Below, piece after piece: positions 19,120 to 27,817 of a stretch of DNA of 55,751 bases (positions are counted from its first letter, which is position 1; the number at the start of each line of letters is the position of its first letter). This stretch comes from a virus. Lineage: Duplodnaviria > Caudoviricetes. A program made the translations under genes and the position numbers. A model generated the notes under the pieces. It searched no databases. It was given only the letters and a program-made list of their open reading frames with translations, and was not told the DNA's origin. The DNA lies in IMG/VR virus record IMGVR_UViG_3300048888_000044, positions 1 through 55,751 of that record; one strand, written 5' to 3'.

Positions 19120-22100
19120 ATGCCGTCCTTCGATGAATCTCTGCTTGAGCCGGTAGGTTTCAACGAAGACCTGTTGGAGCCGGCGGATGAACCACGACCG
19201 AGTTCATCACGATTTGTCGATCCTCTATCGGTTCAGCCATTTTCTCCAGAGGAAGAATCCAAGCTGTCTCAAGCGGTCGATATTGCTCGGATTCGGCAAC
19301 GTCACGCTGGCACTCCAACAGAGCCGGGCATCATCCCGTTGATCCAGTCGGGAATGCACTCGTTGGACGAGTTTATCCAGCCAACTCCGGAACCGGTTGC
19401 TCCCTCGGAATTGGCGAAGGCCGAGGAACAATCTACCACCTTGAATGACATGGTGAACCGAATCCGGTTGAAGGAGAAAATCCAAGCGATCGAGCAACCT
19501 GTAGAAACAGGTTTGAAACAGAGTGTCGTCGGTGGAGTCGAGGCCATGCGAAAACCCTCCGGACTTCTTACTCTTGGAGGCGCTGCTGTGGCCCCCGAAT
19601 TTGTCCTTCCTGCGCTCGCCGCGACGACGGTTCCTCAAATCCCGGACACGATCAAAGAGATTCAGGAAGCACGCAGGACTGGAGACCGCGCGGGGTACTA
19701 CAAGGGAGTGGGAGACCTGCTCCAAGAAGCAGCGGTCGTCGGTGGTTCAGTCAAAGGGATGCGTGGGCGTGGTACCGTCGAGACCGCGCGTCCAGCCGCC
19801 TTCGACGAGGCCAAGATGGAACCGTTGCCGACTGAGGCCGCGGCGAAACCGGATGAAGAAGCACAACCTAAAATTTCGATGGTTGATATAGCAACCAAGT
19901 CGGAAAAGTTTCCTGAAGAATTTTTATCGAATCAAGGTCCGTCTGGAGAAAAACTTTCATCACCTGTGTTTTCAAAAGAATGGGTGAGGTCTATTTCCGA
20001 TGAACTAAAAGACCCGGAAGCGTGGATAAAACTGACTAAGGCGGTTCAAAAAAACGACATCAACCAAACTCTTTCCAGCAAACAAATCGGATACGTGTTA
20101 AGAGAACAGGGAGATGCCTCAATTCCGCAATTGAAAGCTGCCGTAGAAGCAAAAAAGATGATTGAAAGTCACGTCAAGGAATTGATGGCAAAGGGCGACG
20201 AGCAATCAATGTCTGAAGCCATGCAGTATATGGGTTCAGCCCAATTACCTTCCGAAACGGTTGAGGCGGCGGTCAGAAGCGGAAAAACAGATCAGTTTTA
20301 TTCGGATTCAAAATTTCCACCTATCGAACTCACCCCCGAAGACACCTCGTTTGATTACATAGCTTCTGTCAAAAACAGACCAAAACAACCACAGGCGGAA
20401 CCAGCCGTCGGAAAGGAACCCAATGCCAGCAGTATCACAAGCCCAGCAGAAGTTCATGGCGATGTGCGCGAACAACCCGTCGAAGGCGAACAAGCCGTGC
20501 CCGTCAAAGAAGGTGTCTCGGGAGTTCGCCCAAACACCCCGGAAGGGACTGCCGAAGCGAAAGTCGGGGAACAACAAAATGTACTTCCATCACTGACGCC
20601 GGTTCCCATCGGTCCCGGCGCCGCCACGCCGTCAGAGTTCCTTCCTGAAAAGGCTCAGTTGATTCGCACCGCGTTCAAGCAGACGAACCAGCGCCGAGAA
20701 CAACGCGGTTTAAAGCCTGTAACAACTCCCGACGAGGAGAGCGGAAAGCAAGTGTGGGAACACGCGAAGAAGTTGATTGAAGACGACCCCACGGTTGAGG
20801 ACAGGTTGATAAAGGAAATCACGAACACCGGCGTGCCGGTGAATTGGGCGGATCTCAACACACAGGACGCGCTGTTACGGCACCGTTACGTCGATCTGAA
20901 TAACGACTTGGAGAAGGCCAAGAACCGGATGTTTGAGGCTGAGGACGCCGGTGATCCAGTGGCCTTGAGAGAGCATCAACTGAGGTTCTCGTCGATCCTT
21001 CAGGACCTCGATGAATTGGACTTGGCCAACAAGATGATTGGCACCCAATTGGGACGTGGGATGCAGGCTCGACAGAATTGGGTGAACCAGGACTTCTCAC
21101 TCGTGAAGATGCTGGGTGACAAGCGGGCTTCACTTGGCCGCAAGCTCACGCCAGACGAGGAAGCCAAGGTCGCAAAGGAACAGAAGGATTTACAGGCCAA
21201 AGAGGACACCGCGAAGATCGCTGTTGCCAAGGCGGACGCCGAAGCGCGCGCAAAAGACTCCAATCAGACCATGATGGAGCTTGGTGACACGGTGCGGAAG
21301 GAAACGGCTCAGGAAACGAGTCGTGGAGTTGAGCGTGACCTGGTGGGTGAACAGAGGGAAGTCACCGGGAACCTCAAGGACCGGTTCATGGAGCAAGGCG
21401 ACCTGGTGGGAAGCAATCAAGCCATTCGCAAGCTGATGGAGTTGTTGTACCGTCAAGGAATCACCGAACGAGTGCCGATGGAACAGGCGGTCCATGACAT
21501 CCTGACCAAGCAGGTTGACCCGACTCTGACGCTGGAGGAAACACAGGATTTGATGTACGGGTATGGGAAATACAAGCCTCTATCCAAAGACCCGATCAAG
21601 GCCGGCGTGAGAGATATTGTTGGTCAGGGGCAACAAGTCAGAAAGCTGCTCGACTTCTTCAAGGGAGAAGCGCCAAAGAAAACTGGCTTTGAACGTCGAA
21701 TTCCTTCGGACATCGAACGGAACTGGATCAAGGTGGTGAACGAGGCCAAGAAGGCGTTTGGCACAATCCCAACGGACCCCGCGGCAGCACTCAAGTCGGC
21801 TTTGGATTCGATCAACACCCGACTTAAGAACCGGCTGTTGGACTTGCAACAAGAAGTGGCTACACGCCAGAAGATCGTGCGGGAACGCAATCCTTCACCC
21901 TACAACGAGGAAACCATCCGTCTTCGTAACGAGATCGAGGAAGTCAAAAAACAACACGCAGAAATCTTCGGTAAGCCGGCTCTCACCGATGCTCAAAGGC
22001 TGGCCATTGCGGAGAAATCGGCTGACCGACAGATTGAAGAGTTGGAACGGCAGTTGAAGTCCGGTGAGATATTTCCGAAGACCAAGGAGCCTTCGAGTCT

Positions 22101-23724
22101 TACCAGCGCCAAACTCGAAGCGGCAAGAGCACGCATCGAGGAACTGAAGACTACCCGTGACTACGCCCGGGAACTGATTCAACCCAAGTTGGAACCGGAA
22201 GCGCGTAAATTGCTTGGGATCTCACTCCGCTACCTTGAAAAGGAAGCCGAGTACAAACAGAAGCTCGCTGAAGGTGATTTCTCGAAACAGACGCGGCAGC
22301 CGGTTGAACTGAATGCCAACGCTCAGGCAGCCAAAGCTCGCTTTGAAGAGGCCAAGATGAATTGGCGGCGTGGACTGGAAGTCAATCGGATGGCCAACCG
22401 CAGCACGACGGTCAAAGTGGCTGACGCCATTGCCAAGTGGAAGCGTACTGCTGTGCTGCTGTGGCCGACTTCACTCCTGAAGCTCACGGCCGCGGCGGCG
22501 GAAGGCATTGGGATCGGCACCGCAGAAGAAATTATTGGAACTCCTTACGCTCGATTGCTTCCAGAATCGGTCACGTCCAAGGCCGCGCGTTACGGGGAAG
22601 GACTGAAAATTTCAAACGAGGTCAAGGCTTACTCGGACACTTGGTCGAAGCTCATCAAAAACTTCGATTCTGCTCTGAGGACTGGCAACATCGAAACTGA
22701 CCTGTTGCACGGCAAACCGGACATCGTTCCCAAGTCGATGCTGGATTGGATCGGGAACCTTCACTACGCGCTCAAAACGCCGTTGAAGCAATTCGAGTTC
22801 AGCAGGTCACTTCCAATTCTGATGGAACACGCTCGAAGGAATGGCGTGGACATCACCGATCCAGGAGTCATTCAGAGACTCGGAAACGAAGCGTACCGAA
22901 TTGCTGAAGAGAGATTGTTCCTTGAACCAAACGTTTTGACCGACATGTACCAGCGTGCCTTGCAACGGGCGATGGAACCGGAGAAGACCACCGGCAAACC
23001 CACGTTCACCGGCAAGGCTGTGGAGACCCTGTTGCGTTACGAGTTGCCGATCGTGCGTATCCCAACCAACCTGGTGAAGCGGGCCTTCGAGTATTCTTTC
23101 GGCACCTTCACCGGTTCGGCGCGTCTCGCTCGCGCGTTCATGCAAGGAATCGACAACCTGCAACCGGCCGAAGCAGACGCCATCCTTAGAAACTTACGTC
23201 GTGGAACTCTTGGAAGCATGTTTCTGCTCTACGGATTTCTCCACCCGGAACAATTCGGCGGCTACTACCAGGAACGGGAGAAGCGAAGTCCGAACGACGT
23301 GAAGTATGGTGGTGCTCGGATCGGTGGAGTTGATGTTCCAACGGTTGTTCTACATCATCCATTGCTGGAGCAACCCCAAATTGGAGCCACAATGCGGCGA
23401 GTTGCGGATTCTGTATTGCACCGTCGGGACACCGACTTGGGCAAGCTCTCTGCCGGCGCATGGGCGGCGTTGATGGGATTGACCGACGAAGCGCCATTCG
23501 CGCGAGAGATCAAGGATACGGTGAAGAACCTTGGCCAGCCGGAGAAGTTCGTTGGCGAACAGATCAAGTCAGCGATTCCTGGGGCGGTACAATTCACCGC
23601 TCAAGAGCTCGACAAGGACGCTCATGGGAATGTGATTCGACGCAAGCCGAAGACCGTCAAGGAACACATTGAGATGGGAATTCCTGTAATGCGGAAGAAC
23701 GTCCCGGTCAACCCCCGGCCTTGA
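19120..23724 (+). CDS. Large internal virion / ejectosome-like protein
   Basis: 1534 aa, coiled-coil rich, last gene of virion operon. Confidence 0.65.
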   Translation: MPSFDESLLEPVGFNEDLLEPADEPRPSSSRFVDPLSVQPFSPEEESKLSQAVDIARIRQRHAGTPTEPGIIPLIQSGMHSLDEFIQPTPEPVAPSELAKAEEQSTTLNDMVNRIRLKEKIQAIEQPVETGLKQSVVGGVEAMRKPSGLLTLGGAAVAPEFVLPALAATTVPQIPDTIKEIQEARRTGDRAGYYKGVGDLLQEAAVVGGSVKGMRGRGTVETARPAAFDEAKMEPLPTEAAAKPDEEAQPKISMVDIATKSEKFPEEFLSNQGPSGEKLSSPVFSKEWVRSISDELKDPEAWIKLTKAVQKNDINQTLSSKQIGYVLREQGDASIPQLKAAVEAKKMIESHVKELMAKGDEQSMSEAMQYMGSAQLPSETVEAAVRSGKTDQFYSDSKFPPIELTPEDTSFDYIASVKNRPKQPQAEPAVGKEPNASSITSPAEVHGDVREQPVEGEQAVPVKEGVSGVRPNTPEGTAEAKVGEQQNVLPSLTPVPIGPGAATPSEFLPEKAQLIRTAFKQTNQRREQRGLKPVTTPDEESGKQVWEHAKKLIEDDPTVEDRLIKEITNTGVPVNWADLNTQDALLRHRYVDLNNDLEKAKNRMFEAEDAGDPVALREHQLRFSSILQDLDELDLANKMIGTQLGRGMQARQNWVNQDFSLVKMLGDKRASLGRKLTPDEEAKVAKEQKDLQAKEDTAKIAVAKADAEARAKDSNQTMMELGDTVRKETAQETSRGVERDLVGEQREVTGNLKDRFMEQGDLVGSNQAIRKLMELLYRQGITERVPMEQAVHDILTKQVDPTLTLEETQDLMYGYGKYKPLSKDPIKAGVRDIVGQGQQVRKLLDFFKGEAPKKTGFERRIPSDIERNWIKVVNEAKKAFGTIPTDPAAALKSALDSINTRLKNRLLDLQQEVATRQKIVRERNPSPYNEETIRLRNEIEEVKKQHAEIFGKPALTDAQRLAIAEKSADRQIEELERQLKSGEIFPKTKEPSSLTSAKLEAARARIEELKTTRDYARELIQPKLEPEARKLLGISLRYLEKEAEYKQKLAEGDFSKQTRQPVELNANAQAAKARFEEAKMNWRRGLEVNRMANRSTTVKVADAIAKWKRTAVLLWPTSLLKLTAAAAEGIGIGTAEEIIGTPYARLLPESVTSKAARYGEGLKISNEVKAYSDTWSKLIKNFDSALRTGNIETDLLHGKPDIVPKSMLDWIGNLHYALKTPLKQFEFSRSLPILMEHARRNGVDITDPGVIQRLGNEAYRIAEERLFLEPNVLTDMYQRALQRAMEPEKTTGKPTFTGKAVETLLRYELPIVRIPTNLVKRAFEYSFGTFTGSARLARAFMQGIDNLQPAEADAILRNLRRGTLGSMFLLYGFLHPEQFGGYYQEREKRSPNDVKYGGARIGGVDVPTVVLHHPLLEQPQIGATMRRVADSVLHRRDTDLGKLSAGAWAALMGLTDEAPFAREIKDTVKNLGQPEKFVGEQIKSAIPGAVQFTAQELDKDAHGNVIRRKPKTVKEHIEMGIPVMRKNVPVNPRP
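20423..20596 (+). CDS. Nested +1-frame basic protein, DUF3008-like (57 aa)
   Basis: GGAAAGGA upstream; MPAVSQAQQKFMAM...REFAQTPRKGLPKRK. Confidence 0.65.
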   Translation: MPAVSQAQQKFMAMCANNPSKANKPCPSKKVSREFAQTPRKGLPKRKSGNNKMYFHH

Positions 23725-24430
23725 ACCGCGCCACTAGCCACCCAAAACGCTCGGTGCCGGTTTCAATCACTTCCCAAAAACTGTTACCAACAATGGAGTT
23801 TGCGGTTCTGTTGTGTTTACAGTGCCGAACGTCATCAAGCACCAACACAAACGGCGACTTCACAAGTTTCATCAGGTAGGTGAACTCCAGGAAACCCAAG
23901 TGTCCGGCGCTGTCGAGCAACACGAGGTCAGGTCTGAATCCGAAGGCACCCAGAGCGACCCACAACAATTTGTCCGGTCCTTCCGTCTCCTGCTCCTTCA
24001 TATAAAGAGCCGCACGAACTTCTTTCGGATGATCGAAGTAAATTCCCGGGGTTTCATCATCGACGAACTGTTTCTGAATCTCGTCACGCGTCGGCAGGTT
24101 GGATCGGGGGATACTCAGTCCGTGTAGACAGACTACTTCCGGGTTGTTCCGGTAATGCGCGGAAGCAACCTTCCAATAGGTGTACTGCGCCTCGATGGTG
24201 ACGAAGGTGAAGTCGGGACCGTTGCTTTTCAGAGCATCATGCAACACGCGAGTCGTGCCGTTTCCCAGGTAGGTGCCGGTCTCGATCACGTTGCGCGGTT
24301 TGAACCGGGCGACCGTGCGGCGAATGGCGTCCTCGAATTCTCCGTGCTCAGGGGGACTGATAGTCATTCCAACGTTCACCAGAGGATTTGTTTCTACGTC
24401 CATCGACTCGAAAGTTTTTTGACCGTTCAT
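23708..24430 (-). CDS. Class I SAM-dependent methyltransferase-like
   Basis: VIETGTYLGNGTT, LVLLDS, LVLDD. Confidence 0.7.
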   Translation of the reverse strand: MNGQKTFESMDVETNPLVNVGMTISPPEHGEFEDAIRRTVARFKPRNVIETGTYLGNGTTRVLHDALKSNGPDFTFVTIEAQYTYWKVASAHYRNNPEVVCLHGLSIPRSNLPTRDEIQKQFVDDETPGIYFDHPKEVRAALYMKEQETEGPDKLLWVALGAFGFRPDLVLLDSAGHLGFLEFTYLMKLVKSPFVLVLDDVRHCKHNRTANSIVGNSFWEVIETGTERFGWLVARFKAGG

Positions 24431-24585
24431 TCCAAGAAATCTCTATGGCGTTAGCACCCTCAGTCAGCATGCCATTTACAATCACATTCAGTTGAGTGGC
24501 TACAACCTCCATGTTTTCTAGGTGAGAGGAAGTACAGACAATTTTCCTTTGTTGGATGAGCACAATTTGTTCGGGCATAATTTTT

Positions 24586-24840
24586 TCACAGAGGTTTATG
24601 GCAATGGGGGCAAACAAACATTTCCCGTGGAAGATTCAAGAATGCACGCAATTCGTCTTCAGCCATCTTGCCGAAGTTCCAATATTTTCGGCATTCTCCG
24701 CTTATCACTAATTTACGAAGTCGTCTTGTGTTCAATCTTCCATCTACCGTGAAGCACTGAGAATTGGCTATAAAATTCTGACAGCGCACACTCAATTTAT
24801 TCACCAAATCCGACCTCCCTTGACTGTGTGACATACTCAT
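24586..24840 (-). CDS. RNA polymerase alpha-CTD-like protein with C-terminal CxxC
   Basis: LSVRCQN...NFGKMAEDELRAFL...CPHC. Confidence 0.5.
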   Translation of the reverse strand: MSMSHSQGRSDLVNKLSVRCQNFIANSQCFTVDGRLNTRRLRKLVISGECRKYWNFGKMAEDELRAFLNLPREMFVCPHCHKPL

Positions 24841-24889
24841 AACTAAATTTTTACTTGCAAGTGTCGATTCAATGCAAGACAAATAGTGA

Positions 24890-25075
24890 ATGCCAGTAGC
24901 CGAGAGTCGAACATACACCCGCAAACGCGATGGGAAGAGCCGCACGCAGTTCACGGTTTGGATTCTCGACGAGCTGTTGCCGGCGCTGCAAAAGGTGTCC
25001 GCTGACACGGGCAAGGCACAAACCAAGGTGCTCGCCGAGTTCGGAGAGGCCAGATTGAGGAGGGTGAAGGTATGA
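24890..25075 (+). CDS. Small DNA-binding protein (RHH-like)
   Basis: Basic N-terminus, beta strand QFTVWI then two helices. Confidence 0.45.
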   Translation: MPVAESRTYTRKRDGKSRTQFTVWILDELLPALQKVSADTGKAQTKVLAEFGEARLRRVKV

Positions 25076-25084
25076 AACGCAAAA

Positions 25085-25175
25085 TTCTAACGCCAAAGCT
25101 GAGCCGGGACGCTCGAATGAGGACGAATGACTAAACCAACGTGCCAGCGGCCTTGGCTCCAGCGTCTGGTTAGGT
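25085..25175 (-). other. attC-like site 1
   Basis: Minus strand ACCTAAC-CAGAC-GCTGGAGC...GCTCAGC-TTTGGC-GTTAGAA. Confidence 0.9.
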
Positions 25176-25448
25176 GCATTCAGTTGGGGCACTCTCCAAA
25201 TAAAGAGTCTTGTGCTTCAGGATTTCCAAGTCCGACAGGGCAAGAAACTGCGTGGCAGCGTTCAAAGATAATGGCAAAGGAAACAGCCAAACATTGTCGA
25301 AGAGCAATTTGGTGTGCGAATCTTTCTTTTTTAGCGTTTCGTATTCACTTAAAAGATACTGCCAAGACTTCCATTTATCGGTTGGTGGTTCGTGCCCGTG
25401 AGATGGTGACGGCTTTTCGACGCAAATCAGTAAGTGTGGGGTGTTCAT
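25170..25448 (-). CDS. Cassette 1 gene (canonical orientation), hypothetical
   Basis: ATG shortly after GTTAGGT; stop TAA inside ACCTAAC of attC1. Confidence 0.7.
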   Translation of the reverse strand: MNTPHLLICVEKPSPSHGHEPPTDKWKSWQYLLSEYETLKKKDSHTKLLFDNVWLFPLPLSLNAATQFLALSDLEILKHKTLYLESAPTECT

Positions 25449-25464
25449 ATTGTGAAGGGAATGC

Positions 25465-25601
25465 ACCTAACGACCGAAGCTCACCCGCGACGCTGAAGGA
25501 AAAGGAGATTCATGAAAAAGAATAAAACCGATATGAAAAAGAATAAAACCGATGGTCTAACCTCAACGCCAGCGGCGTCGCGGTGCAGCGCATGGTTAGA
25601 C
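25465..25601 (-). other. attC-like site 2
   Basis: GTCTAAC-CATGC-GCTGCACC...GGTGAGC...GTTAGGT; loop holds a 21-nt tandem duplication. Confidence 0.88.
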
Positions 25602-25904
25602 ATCATGCCGAAGCTGTTTACTCTCCAACATCTTTCTCGTCTTCTCTTCCTCGTCAGACAGCCAATTTGGTGGAGTTTGAAGGGCAGCCAGTTTATTCTT
25701 CAATGCCGTATTATCTTTCATAAGTCGCTCTATCGTTTTTATCTGTGTCGCAAGTGTGTCGTCTTGTTTGTCAGCGCGCGCCTGGTACGCTTCCGCCTCT
25801 TCCAAGCCGAGCGAAAGCTGATTGCGCAATATGGCCGTGACTGGCGGCTTCGTGTGTTCAACAATGAGTGCGTCGAGTCTTTGAAGATGTTCGATAAGAT
25901 TCAT
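25596..25904 (-). CDS. Cassette 2 gene (canonical orientation), coiled-coil protein
   Basis: ATG about 15 nt after GTT; stop TAA inside GTCTAAC of attC2. Confidence 0.75.
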   Translation of the reverse strand: MNLIEHLQRLDALIVEHTKPPVTAILRNQLSLGLEEAEAYQARADKQDDTLATQIKTIERLMKDNTALKNKLAALQTPPNWLSDEEEKTRKMLESKQLRHDV

Positions 25905-25912
25905 ACGATGAT

Positions 25913-26002
25913 GTCTAACCCCGGAACTCAGCGACCCGGCGACCAGACGAAGGACTCACCCTCAACGCCCAAGCCGGGTTCGTTGGAGTGACCTGGTTAG
26001 AA
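25913..26002 (-). other. attC-like site 3 (probable founding site of array 1)
   Basis: Plus strand GTCTAAC...ACTCAGCGACCCGGC / GCCGGGTTCGTTGGAGT...GTTAGAA. Confidence 0.85.
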
Positions 26003-26004
26003 TT

Positions 26005-26295
26005 ATGATCTCCCCTCGCCAACTCTTCCTAAAACAGCCGTTCGCATCGAACGTTCAGAACTTTATCGTGCAAGACCAGTTTCAGGCGGCACTGGCCTAC
26101 GCGTTGGCGGACATGGCCACCAGCAGCGCCATCAGCGCCGATCAATTGTCCGGGGCCAAGCTGTTCATCGCGCACCTGAACGTCATCGGGGAACGCATCG
26201 AGGAAGAAAAGTCCGTCGAGTTGCCAACCCTGAGCCAGCCTGATCCACAGCAAATGCAACGCTTGAAAGAGCAACAGAAGAAGGGTAACAAGTAA
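26005..26295 (+). CDS. Hypothetical protein preceding scaffold
   Basis: 96 aa ORF, 2 nt before scaffold ATG. Confidence 0.7.
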   Translation: MISPRQLFLKQPFASNVQNFIVQDQFQAALAYALADMATSSAISADQLSGAKLFIAHLNVIGERIEEEKSVELPTLSQPDPQQMQRLKEQQKKGNK

Positions 26296-26297
26296 TT

Positions 26298-27527
26298 ATG
26301 CCAGCCTCACTCGAAGCCCCTCCAGCACCAGCTCAAACCACTCCAGCACCAGCGCCGTCGCCGACACCACCATCTCAGCCGGTGACGATGCCATCTCCGC
26401 AACCGGCCTCGACCGCTCCGGACCCGGACAAGTTTTTCGACACCCTGGACGACGCTCCCAAGCCACCCGAGCCAAAGCCTGCCTCGACGGAGGCCACCAA
26501 GCCCGATCCCAAGACTCCGGCAAAACCGGGTGAACCCAAGCCTGGAACTGAACCAGCCAAGCCGGCCGGCGAGAAGCCGGAACAGTTCAAGAGCCCGAAG
26601 GAACTGCGCCAGGCGTACGATCGCACGTCGAACGAACTGAAGGCCAAGAACGCCGAGGTGGTGCGCCTGCTGCAACAGCTTGAGACAGCCAAGGCTGGCG
26701 TACAGCCAAACACGACCGAGATAGCGGCACTCACCGAACGGCTGGCGCGACGCGAGAAGGAGTTCTCCGAGTTGGAATCCGAGCTCAAGGTCATCCGTTA
26801 CGAGAAGTCTCCTGAGTACAAGGCCAAATTCCTTGAACCTTTCAACGCGGCGACGAAACGAGCGCATGATGCGGTCAGCCAGTTGGTGATCACCGCCGAG
26901 AACAAGCAGACTGGAGAAAAGTCCGAACGCCGGGCGACCGTGGCCGATTTCAACGCTGTGGCAAGTCTTCCCGAGGGAGCCGCTTGGCAGAAGGCCAGGG
27001 CCATATTCGGCGAGGACGCGCACCTCGTCATGCGCCACTACAACAAGTTGAGTGAGATCGCCGAACAATCACAGGTCGAGATCGAGCGTTACCAGAAGGA
27101 AGCCGCGGACAGGGAGAAGACCGACGTGGCGCGCAGTGCCACTGAACGACAGGCGGCAGAGGCAATGTCACGCAAGGCCGATGAAGGCTGGCAGAAACGA
27201 AGCAAGTGGTTTGCTCCAGTCGAGGGTGACGACGAAGGAAATGCCCTGTTGAAAACCGGGTTTGAACGCGTGGACGCTGACACTGGAGCATTGACTCCGG
27301 CACAACGCATCATCCAGCAGAGTTACGTGCGCCACGCGGCGGCGGCGTATCCCAGGTTGAAGGCCAAGGTGACGGCCTACGAGACGCGCATTGCGGATTT
27401 GGAAGCTAAGCTCAAAGAGTTCGAGAATTCCGAACCTGGACCATCGCGAACGACTCCAGGACTGAAACCCGACAAGGGGATCGCTGAAGATGCCATGACC
27501 GATCCGAAAGCTCCGTGGAACCAATAA
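26298..27527 (+). CDS. Putative capsid scaffolding protein
   Basis: Pro/Ala/Lys-rich N-terminus then long coiled coils. Confidence 0.6.
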   Translation: MPASLEAPPAPAQTTPAPAPSPTPPSQPVTMPSPQPASTAPDPDKFFDTLDDAPKPPEPKPASTEATKPDPKTPAKPGEPKPGTEPAKPAGEKPEQFKSPKELRQAYDRTSNELKAKNAEVVRLLQQLETAKAGVQPNTTEIAALTERLARREKEFSELESELKVIRYEKSPEYKAKFLEPFNAATKRAHDAVSQLVITAENKQTGEKSERRATVADFNAVASLPEGAAWQKARAIFGEDAHLVMRHYNKLSEIAEQSQVEIERYQKEAADREKTDVARSATERQAAEAMSRKADEGWQKRSKWFAPVEGDDEGNALLKTGFERVDADTGALTPAQRIIQQSYVRHAAAAYPRLKAKVTAYETRIADLEAKLKEFENSEPGPSRTTPGLKPDKGIAEDAMTDPKAPWNQ

Positions 27528-27531
27528 CCCC

Positions 27532-27559
27532 TTGACACACGGCAAGGATTTTGTAATGT
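27532..27559 (+). promoter_or_regulatory. Sigma70-type promoter
   Basis: TTGACA-N16-TAATGT directly before HTH gene (probably leaderless). Confidence 0.65.
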
Positions 27560-27817
27560 GTGTCGATGTCACGTTCAAAAGGCCATCGCACGGGTGAGAT
27601 AGAGGGAATTCGGGTTCGTCCGAGTCTGCAACTGCTGAACATCATCAGCGCGTATCCCACGACCAACGCCGCAGCCAAATTTCTTGGTCTCGCCTATTCG
27701 ACGCTCGACAGTTTCATCAATCACGAGGGAGGAATCAGCCTCGACAACGCCGCGCAGATCATCACGCGGACGGGGTTGAGTTACGAACAACTGTTCAAGC
27801 ACAAGAAGGAGAAGTGA
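27560..27817 (+). CDS. Cro/CI-type HTH regulator
   Basis: NAAAKFLGLAYSTLDSFIN...ISLD...YEQLF. Confidence 0.75.
   Translation: MSMSRSKGHRTGEIEGIRVRPSLQLLNIISAYPTTNAAAKFLGLAYSTLDSFINHEGGISLDNAAQIITRTGLSYEQLFKHKKEK

Noticed and set aside
19120-23724. Tape measure protein
   Set aside because: No tail tube or chaperone context; it follows two pilot-like genes, as in podovirus ejection modules.
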